Shown in pieces: positions 7,901 to 13,738 of a stretch of DNA of 20,000 nt (its first letter is position 1; every line of letters starts with the position of its first letter). A program made the position numbers and the translations under genes. Source of the DNA: an uncultured bacterium (GTDB taxonomy: Bacteria > CAYUVA01); NCBI GenBank assembly GCA_964448115.1, contig CAYUVA010000019.1, forward strand, positions 57,447 through 77,446, in the 5' to 3' direction. The notes beneath the pieces are model-generated. The model did not search any database. It was not told the origin of the DNA and saw only the letters and a program-made list of their open reading frames with translations.

Positions 7901-9045
7901 ACTTTTGTGGAGAGCCCCCGTTTGTCCCCATCGGTGGCGATCTGTGCATCTGCCCTGATGGTACCACCCAGCGCCTTGAGTGAAAGATTCTCCAGCGCCA
8001 GCATTCCGTCATGCATGGTAAATAGCCCAGCCAGGTCTTTAAGCTCGATCCCTTTTGCAGCAAGCCGCTTGCAGCCGATGTCAACTGCCATATCGAGATT
8101 ATCCGCTCTCCCCGAGATGCTTCCCTTGAGCGCAACCTTGCCATCCATTTCAACAGGCAAGGGGTAAATTGCTGAAACTGAGGCGAGGTCGATGGTTGCA
8201 CTCAAGTTCAGATCGAGCAGAGGCGGTGCGAAGCCTTCCATTTCAAGAGCCTTTACATGTAAGTCAACTCCACCGCCTACTCGACTTATGTTGAGTGAAA
8301 GATCCTCGATTCCACTAGGGCTGAAGGCGAATGGACTTGTGCTTAATCCTACGGTTACATCGATATCCCCGAGCTTGTACCTGCACCTGCCGATTTCGAT
8401 GCGACACGGATTGAAATGCCCCGGCTCGGACTGGTTCAGGGAAATGCTTCCATCATCGACCTTGATCATCATCCCAGAGCCTTTATCCTCGAAGAGATAT
8501 CCGAGCCTTGTAATAGAGACCTTCAATGGATGCACCTTGGCAAATATGCCCTTAAGCACCTCGGTTACTGGATCAACGCCTGACTTCATTGCTCCAGGTG
8601 CTGTTTTATCCTCAAGTGATGAGCTTTTGTGAGAAGCATTGGCTCCAAATGCCAGGTTTATGTTGCCATTTTGGTCAAAGAGGGTTGAGAAGTAAGGTCT
8701 TCTTATCTCAACGACATCGAGTACCACCATTCCCTTGAGCAGCTCTTTGATTCTCGCATCGACATGGAGGTATTCGACTGATGCAAGGGTTCTCTCCTCG
8801 AAGCGGGGCGGATTTTCAAGCACCACCTCCCGCAGGGTAACTTCGGCGCTGAACAGATTGACATACAGTTCGCCGATAGTGGCTTTGATGCCGGTATTTG
8901 ATTCGAGCGCAGATAGCGCTTTACCAGCTATCGCGTTCTGCAGGGCTGGCAGGTGGAATAGGCTGATAAGCGATATGAATAACAGCAGGATCGATGCAGC
9001 AATAATCGCAATCGCTTTTACTGTGTATCTGAGATATCTAATCAT
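4972..9045 (-). CDS. tamB: Translocation/assembly module TamB (AsmA-like) family protein
   Basis: 1357 aa with a single N-terminal TM anchor and long repeating beta-strand/Gly pattern. C-terminal DUF490-like region ('DLMVQGTTDSPRIFGRI', 'NPTVDFRA', 'LDSDPAMPEVD..ALLFTG', 'RLTVGKKLADNIYVLYS', 'LEYEVS') ending in the beta-strand GELKFRFEFR. Confidence 0.88.
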   Translation of the reverse strand: MIRYLRYTVKAIAIIAASILLLFISLISLFHLPALQNAIAGKALSALESNTGIKATIGELYVNLFSAEVTLREVVLENPPRFEERTLASVEYLHVDARIKELLKGMVVLDVVEIRRPYFSTLFDQNGNINLAFGANASHKSSSLEDKTAPGAMKSGVDPVTEVLKGIFAKVHPLKVSITRLGYLFEDKGSGMMIKVDDGSISLNQSEPGHFNPCRIEIGRCRYKLGDIDVTVGLSTSPFAFSPSGIEDLSLNISRVGGGVDLHVKALEMEGFAPPLLDLNLSATIDLASVSAIYPLPVEMDGKVALKGSISGRADNLDMAVDIGCKRLAAKGIELKDLAGLFTMHDGMLALENLSLKALGGTIRADAQIATDGDKRGLSTKVTINGVRAAQLEKIAPLPIKYRGQIDGDLSIELPDFNPDSIKARVKTSLTGSLSGYKEPQLSAFIDAALEGKVVKLRQARITPMHGEILISGKYDMDGLFDVDIKLNGDSLKPLVDIADNILLKLGSEVPQDQEQMLASLGIGGAYQGRIIAGGNIHAPKATLKLNFTEGSVYGKSFDLLGLEASYADDKLTVHQLQLLSGQEEMLASALVDLKKRVKLGTRKGTKKSRLAAIHSALDGLPAIEAKLAINEFTAQPVLNRLGMEAIKPGKLYVIASLNMEDENLALNGNINLAGSTFYEQKIDELKVAFSADGDNIKISRLSITKSGNTIEADAMLSYDDTFALNLRGADMELKSLLPPDKADLPIAGKLNIQGKGLGSFGEPLLYLAIKLNDLVYDNKDLQTMDLALKLEGDKASIKGQLFQGQLTIDGLLSLNDKMPMDLDLKFNRLDLAPLAAMALDTSSSLPRGSIQGVVSVHGKLLEIKDLTAQLNISDLNFNYMNLGINNPQPLVVSLKDNRMVIDSFHLRGDYIDLSLSGSADLEGSADLTASSNIKLDIAGLFVESIGATEGVINAKMRLSGATKTPQYFGNITFDDCSFKYIGFPEMVKNLKGNITFDGNQVNIKELGASLGGGNISTSGFINLDGAKLDFVDIIVEAKDISIRQPQVLSIKSHAKLNIIGNLEDMNIGGEVNIDRLRITKDINPNYMIFESGMSIVTARRVSEEKAKSGGFNPRLNIHILAPQSIIIDNDVANMYMDADLMVQGTTDSPRIFGRIEASKGKLILWNNEFTIESAVVDFIDPVKINPTVDFRATSIIDNVRLTLSVSGSYYTNFMVNLDSDPAMPEVDRFALLFTGKTMESLKGESGNATMATQAASLASAYLTNQIEKRAQMIGLDRFRIEPVAETEQSSGMTAARLTVGKKLADNIYVLYSTQMGSNKSSLIMLEYEVSDNMVLVGKRNELGNFGGELKFRFEFR

Positions 9046-9066
9046 TGCCTTGTATTTTAGATATCG

Positions 9067-9095
9067 ATCTTATTGCAACCCCCTTGCCCTGTCAA
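9067..9095 (-). promoter_or_regulatory. Sigma70-type promoter for tamB
   Basis: On the minus strand: TTGACA (9095-9090), 17-bp spacer, TAAGAT (9072-9067), ending about 21 nt upstream of the ATG at 9045. Confidence 0.65.
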
Positions 9096-9142
9096 TCAAG
9101 ACTCCTGGCGTTCATCAATGAGGAATAGCATTTAATTACAAT

Positions 9143-9200
9143 CTGCGCGGGAATGACAGAGAGGGGGGAGATTCCCCGACTCGCTCGCTCGCAATGACAG
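9143..9200. repeat. Two remnants of AATGACA-terminated palindromic (REP-like) repeats
   Basis: CTGCGCGGGAATGACAG (9143-9159) and GAGATTCCCCGACTCGCTCGCTCGCAATGACAG (9168-9200). The reverse-complement end TGTCATTCC recurs at 19971-19979. Confidence 0.5.
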
Positions 9201-9374
9201 GGTATGGAACTTCTTGGACATCTTGAGACAAACTCGGTTGGTGATAGGCTAGAGACTCGATTTGTGATAGCATGACAGACACAAAGGCATCCCGACTAGG
9301 TCGTGGCTCCAAAGACTTGCCACGAAGAAGAAGTGATAAAATGATAAAGTGATAGAGGAAAGGAATAAAAGAAG

Positions 9375-10835
9375 ATGATTCGATTGGGCTTTAAATTGAT
9401 GGTGGTCTCGATTGTTGGAATAACGATGCTTGCCTTTAATGGCGCATGGTGCGATACAGTGAGCGGAATCGTTTACCACGATAATGACATAAGCTCACGA
9501 AGCCATTACTTCCAGGCTTACGATGATGCTGATTCGCCGATACCTGATATGACAGTGGTTCTCCATGGGGCAGATACAAGTAAAACTACCCTGACCGATG
9601 CTCAAGGTGAGTTCATCTTTGAAGGCTTAGAGCCTGGATACTACCTTCTGGAGATAAAAGATCCGACAAATCATCGCTGCACAAGCACTAATCTTGCTCG
9701 GAGAGTGGCTGAGGCGATAAAAATTGATGGACATCTCGAGATCCTTTCCATCGGCGATAGCATCTCGGTGGAGGGAGCCGAATACCCTTTTCCGCAGCGC
9801 TTGCGCGATCACCTGGCGAACATCACCGAGGTTACCCTTTTCAACCAGGCGATCGGTGGCAGCAAATCCTTTGACTGGCTACCCGGGGCGCAAAAGGCAT
9901 ATTTCGAGAACAGGCTGTTGCCTTATATCGAGCAGGCAGACCTGGTTACCATCACCCTGGGGGGAAATGACCTTGATTTTCTGGTCGAGGGATTAGAGCC
10001 TCCGTTTACGCCAGAGATGATCCTTGAGATGATCATCACCCTGCTGGAGAACCCGGAGATAATCACTGGCATAATGGAGAATGTGCGCACCCTGGTCTAT
10101 GAGATCCATAAGCTCAATCAAAGCTGCGATGTCATCTATGTCATCTATCCCTGCTTTGCGCGAAGCGACCATATAAGGAAGTACACCGGGGAGGCATTGC
10201 AGCCGCTGGCTATAGCAGCCATGGAGCTTGGCTTGCGCATGTTGCGAAATTATCAGCACGAGACCGAGTGCCTGCTGCTAGGCGATGCATTTGCTTATAA
10301 TGGCACTGATGACATCACCGAGCTGCTGGTCGATGAGGTTCATCCCTCCGCTGCCGGCGCCCAGCAGTATGCGGACCTCATCTTCGAGACCATAGGCGGG
10401 GTGATAGTCGGTGAAGAACGGCTGGGGCAAAGTCGTATGGTCGGTCTTTATGCGCCGGATGCGGTACACTCGCCGACTCCGACATCGACGCCGACCAGTA
10501 CACCGATGCCCTCTCGGACTCCGACGCCAAGTGCCACGCCTACGCCGACCCAGACTCCAATGATACTGCTCGCTGGCTGGTGGGATAGCTATGTAACCTC
10601 GAAGCATGGGGGAAGGTTATCATTGTATGCCCTGGCTGATTTGCCTTTAGGCTTTCGGATCGAGCTATATTATCAAGGCTTAAGCACGGGCGTATATCTA
10701 GAATACTCCAGCGGAGAGCTTTATGTTAAGGACTTCGGGGTGCTTCCCGGTGGCTTACCGCCGGGAGAATGGCTGATCGAGCTTGCCGTGGATGGCATCA
10801 GCCGCTGGCCGGTGCTGAAGGTTTATCTTGATTGA
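9375..10835 (+). CDS. Secreted SGNH/GDSL hydrolase with SdrD-B/Cna-B-like domain, Pro/Thr linker and shared C-terminal domain
   Basis: Signal peptide (MIRLGFKLMVVSIVGITMLAFNGAWC). SdrD-B-like 'VSGIVYHDND...TTLTDAQGEFIFEGLEPGYY'. SGNH blocks GDSI, IGG, GGND, DEVHP. PT linker at 10470-10559. Purine-rich RBS upstream. Confidence 0.88.
   Translation: MIRLGFKLMVVSIVGITMLAFNGAWCDTVSGIVYHDNDISSRSHYFQAYDDADSPIPDMTVVLHGADTSKTTLTDAQGEFIFEGLEPGYYLLEIKDPTNHRCTSTNLARRVAEAIKIDGHLEILSIGDSISVEGAEYPFPQRLRDHLANITEVTLFNQAIGGSKSFDWLPGAQKAYFENRLLPYIEQADLVTITLGGNDLDFLVEGLEPPFTPEMILEMIITLLENPEIITGIMENVRTLVYEIHKLNQSCDVIYVIYPCFARSDHIRKYTGEALQPLAIAAMELGLRMLRNYQHETECLLLGDAFAYNGTDDITELLVDEVHPSAAGAQQYADLIFETIGGVIVGEERLGQSRMVGLYAPDAVHSPTPTSTPTSTPMPSRTPTPSATPTPTQTPMILLAGWWDSYVTSKHGGRLSLYALADLPLGFRIELYYQGLSTGVYLEYSSGELYVKDFGVLPGGLPPGEWLIELAVDGISRWPVLKVYLD
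10470..10559 (+). repeat. Pro/Thr/Ser low-complexity linker (coding)
   Basis: SPTPTSTPTSTPMPSRTPTPSATPTPTQTP, encoded by degenerate ACN-CCN repeats. Confidence 0.9.
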
Positions 10836-10917
10836 TGGAAAGCCGGTAATAGGCTTGAGGCTTAAGCAAGGGCTTCTAAAAAATTTTCCTTCTTTTCCAA
10901 GCTAAAGGCTAAAGGTA

Positions 10918-10948
10918 TTGACATTTGTTTTTAAATGATAGATATTAT
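10918..10948 (+). promoter_or_regulatory. Possible promoter for the lipoprotein gene
   Basis: TTGACA at 10918-10923 in an AT-rich region. TATTAT at 10943-10948 gives a non-optimal 19-bp spacer. Confidence 0.4.
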
Positions 10949-11061
10949 GGTTGTAGTAAGTTCAAGGGTGACAGAATCACTGAAACAATGGCGGAGAAGG
11001 CTATATCTAAAGCAGATAAAGGCGTTCACGCCAGGACTAATTCTTTAAGGAGGAGAACCAG

Positions 11062-11658
11062 ATGAACAAACGAACATTCCCGGTTGTTCTCGCTTTATTC
11101 TGCTTCAGCGCCCTGATTATCATCGGATGCGGGGGCGGTCCCCAGCACAAACCTCCAGAATGGGTTTACAAGAAGCCGGTGGAGAAGGGAGTCCTTTATG
11201 GACGCGGCTGCGCTGATAGCATGGTCAATTACGAGCTAACTAGCGAGAAGGCAGAACAGATGGCAAGAGCTGATATAGCACAAGCTCTCGATGTCAGGCT
11301 TCGCGGAATGACGGTTAACTGGGCAAAGGAGAGCAAGGAACTGTTCGATAAGGCAGGTTACTCGGTATCCAAGTTCGAGCGCAATATTGACAGTGTATTC
11401 TCAACAAGACTAATGGGTGCACAGATCGTCGAGTGGTACGAGTTCCCGGATACGGGGAGAACCTGTGCCCTCTGCAAGTTGGATACCCAGGCAGTAAAGT
11501 CCATTATCATGGATATGCAGGAGATGGTTAAGGGCTTGGTTGCAACCGCCAAAGAGGGCAAGGAGCTTTCCGAGGAAGAGATCGTCAAGATCGATGCTCA
11601 AGCCGCCGATTTTCGTGATAAGATGGATACAGTGCTCAAGGATCTAGGCTTGGAATAG
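11062..11658 (+). CDS. LPP20-like lipoprotein
   Basis: Strong RBS TAAGGAGGAG, lipoprotein signal with lipobox IIG-C, and 'PPEWV...LYGRGCA...KAEQMARADIAQAL' pattern typical of LPP20-family proteins. Confidence 0.75.
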   Translation: MNKRTFPVVLALFCFSALIIIGCGGGPQHKPPEWVYKKPVEKGVLYGRGCADSMVNYELTSEKAEQMARADIAQALDVRLRGMTVNWAKESKELFDKAGYSVSKFERNIDSVFSTRLMGAQIVEWYEFPDTGRTCALCKLDTQAVKSIIMDMQEMVKGLVATAKEGKELSEEEIVKIDAQAADFRDKMDTVLKDLGLE

Positions 11659-11688
11659 AGCCAAAGTAACTTGTTTTTCAGAACCAAT

Positions 11689-11720
11689 AGGCTGTTCCCT
11701 ATAGGGGAGCAGCCTTTTTT
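11689..11720 (+). terminator. Rho-independent terminator after the lipoprotein gene
   Basis: AGGCTGTTCCCT-ATA-GGGGAGCAGCCT stem-loop followed by a T-run (11715-11720). Confidence 0.88.
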
Positions 11721-11772
11721 CATTGACCTTGAACAAGTGCAATGGAGGGGGAATTTGCATAAATGAGATTCA

Positions 11773-11781
11773 TGTTATAAT
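11773..11781 (+). promoter_or_regulatory. Extended -10 promoter element for the metallophosphoesterase gene
   Basis: TGtTATAAT at 11773-11781. It supports ATG 11804 rather than TTG 11723 as the true start. Confidence 0.55.
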
Positions 11782-11803
11782 AAATTTAGAGCTGGATGAA
11801 CAA

Positions 11804-13630
11804 ATGAGAATCGATGGCATAGAATATGAGCACAGGGCATTGCCTAGCCTTGTCTTTGTGTTTTGCCTGGTATTTGCTAGCCTCCTCGAGGCTGCGATCA
11901 TCAAGGGTCCCTATCTTCAGAATGTAAGAAAAGGCGCTATTACGATATGCTGGGAGACCGAGAACGACTCCAAGGGAACCATTTATTACGGGCCAACCCC
12001 GGATTACTTATTCCAATACACGGAGAGCTTTGCGAAAAAGAACCACGAGGTTACCCTGAGCAACCTTAACTGGTCATCGCTATATCATTACAAGGTGGTA
12101 TGCGACGGCACAGAGACAGAGGACTACACCTTCCGCACCGCTGCTTTGCCTGGTGAGCCATTCAAGGTCGTAGCTTACGGGGACAATCGCACCAACGATG
12201 GCGATCATCAAACGGTTGTCGATGCGATCCTCTCCCATGCACCCGATCTCTTGCTTAACACTGGCGACCTGGTCGAATGGGGTTTCAATCCCAGCCTGTG
12301 GCAGGCTTTTTTCAACATAGAGCAGCCATTGATCTCTGAATCACCCCTCTACGCTGCCTTCGGCAATCATGAGATAGGTGGCAACCTTTTTTGGGAACGC
12401 TTTTTCAGCTTTCCGACCGAAAGCTCCGGCAATGAGCACTACTATTCCTTCGAGTATGGCAATGTAAACTTTATCTGCATCGACTCCACAACCTTGGTAG
12501 TTCCCAGTGGCGCACAATATGACTGGCTGGTCAGCAGCCTACAATCGGCAGCCGCCAAGCCTCATATAGATTTCACCATCCTTTTTTTTCATTATCCTGT
12601 CTATAGCTGCGGCAATCATGGAAGTAACACCTTCATGCAACAGATAGTCAAGCCGCTCTTAGAGGAGTACGAGATTCCGCTGGTCTTCAACGGGCATGAC
12701 CACGATTATGAGCACGCCCTGGTAAACGGCGTGAACTACATAGTTACCGGCGGAGGTGGAGCGCCTCTTTACGGCGTCGATCCCCAGGAATGGACTATCT
12801 ATGCTGAGAAGACCCTGAATTTCTGCGTGCTTGATGTCAGCGGTCCCACCATCAACTTCACCGCCTACCGCCCGGATGGCACAGAGATAGAGTCCTTCAT
12901 TGTTACCGCGCCACCGACCACTCCACCGACCATGACGCCAACGCCAACCCCGACCGATACATTCACGCCAGCGCCGACAGCTACTGCCACCTTCACCGCC
13001 GCTCCCACCTGCGATATTGAGATAGTCAATGATTTCATCGAGCTTTGCGTGCCGGGCAGTGGAGAGCCGACAAGTGCCCAACTGGAACTCGGTGGCAGCA
13101 TCTGTATCGGAGATGTAATACGATTCTCAAGCTCTGATCCCGCTATCGCCACCGTAGGAGAGTCAAGCGGATTAGTACAAGCGGTCTCACCAGGCGAGGC
13201 GAGCATCGAAGCCAGGTGCCTCGATTGCGTTGATACCGCGCAGGTAAGTGTGAGGGATTGCAACCACTCCCCCACACCTACAACGACTCCAACCTCGACC
13301 ATAACACCCACCCCAGCCACCTGTCCGGCTATACTGCTCGGTGGATACTGGCAGACCAGGCTGAACAGCCCTTACGAGGGGACTTTGAACTTGGTAGTTT
13401 ATATTAGCGATAGCATTGACCAGGTTGGAGTCTATTACCAGGGCGAGGCGACCGGCTTCTATCTTTATGATGATGGCTACAGCGGGGACCTGTCGCCGGG
13501 CGATGGCTTCTACGGCATTCGCCTCTTTGTCCCTGATGGAATGCCACCGCTTAAGGCTCTGCTAGAGGTGAAAGCAAAGCGTGGATCAATGTTCAGCCAG
13601 CCCTGGCCTTACCTGGTTTCGCAACAGTAA
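11804..13630 (+). CDS. Secreted metallophosphoesterase (purple acid phosphatase-like: FN3 + calcineurin-like domain) with PT linkers, Ig-like (Big_2) domain and shared C-terminal domain
   Basis: Signal peptide ending LLEA/A. 'KGPYLQNV...ITICWET...HEVTLSNL....YHYKV' FN3 domain. Metal-ligand motifs GDNR, GDLV, GNHE, FHYP, GHDHDYE. Big_2 motif 'FSSSDPAIATVGESSGLVQAVSPGEASIEA'. Start reassigned from TTG 11723 to ATG 11804. Confidence 0.9.
   Translation: MRIDGIEYEHRALPSLVFVFCLVFASLLEAAIIKGPYLQNVRKGAITICWETENDSKGTIYYGPTPDYLFQYTESFAKKNHEVTLSNLNWSSLYHYKVVCDGTETEDYTFRTAALPGEPFKVVAYGDNRTNDGDHQTVVDAILSHAPDLLLNTGDLVEWGFNPSLWQAFFNIEQPLISESPLYAAFGNHEIGGNLFWERFFSFPTESSGNEHYYSFEYGNVNFICIDSTTLVVPSGAQYDWLVSSLQSAAAKPHIDFTILFFHYPVYSCGNHGSNTFMQQIVKPLLEEYEIPLVFNGHDHDYEHALVNGVNYIVTGGGGAPLYGVDPQEWTIYAEKTLNFCVLDVSGPTINFTAYRPDGTEIESFIVTAPPTTPPTMTPTPTPTDTFTPAPTATATFTAAPTCDIEIVNDFIELCVPGSGEPTSAQLELGGSICIGDVIRFSSSDPAIATVGESSGLVQAVSPGEASIEARCLDCVDTAQVSVRDCNHSPTPTTTPTSTITPTPATCPAILLGGYWQTRLNSPYEGTLNLVVYISDSIDQVGVYYQGEATGFYLYDDGYSGDLSPGDGFYGIRLFVPDGMPPLKALLEVKAKRGSMFSQPWPYLVSQQ
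12905..13009 (+). repeat. Pro/Thr linker 1 (coding)
   Basis: TAPPTTPPTMTPTPTPTDTFTPAPTATATFTAAPT. Confidence 0.9.
13268..13321 (+). repeat. Pro/Thr linker 2 (coding)
   Basis: SPTPTTTPTSTITPTPAT, immediately before the shared C-terminal domain. Confidence 0.9.
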
Positions 13631-13700
13631 ACACCCTATCTAAATCGAATTTATCATCCGTAAGTTTGACCAAGTTACTATTAAAATAGCTTTGGTTTCT

Positions 13701-13709
13701 TGTTATAAT
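13701..13709 (+). promoter_or_regulatory. Extended -10 promoter element for recN
   Basis: TGtTATAAT at 13701-13709, RBS GGAGA at 13732-13736, ATG at 13739. Confidence 0.55.
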
Positions 13710-13738
13710 CCGCCTTGAAATAGAATCACCTGGAGAAT

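Noticed and set aside
10833-10880. TGA stop followed by small hairpins (possible selenocysteine readthrough)
   Set aside because: The protein already ends at the position matching its paralogous domain, an in-frame TAG follows within a few codons, and there is no convincing SECIS.
11723-11803. N-terminal extension of the phosphoesterase ORF from TTG 11723
   Set aside because: It starts right after the terminator, has no RBS, and spans the TGnTATAAT promoter element. ATG 11804 places the signal peptide near the N-terminus.
10470-13321. Repetitive ACN-CCN tracts as a possible CRISPR or tandem DNA array
   Set aside because: They are in-frame Pro/Thr linker codons with synonymous variation, and have no repeat-spacer structure.
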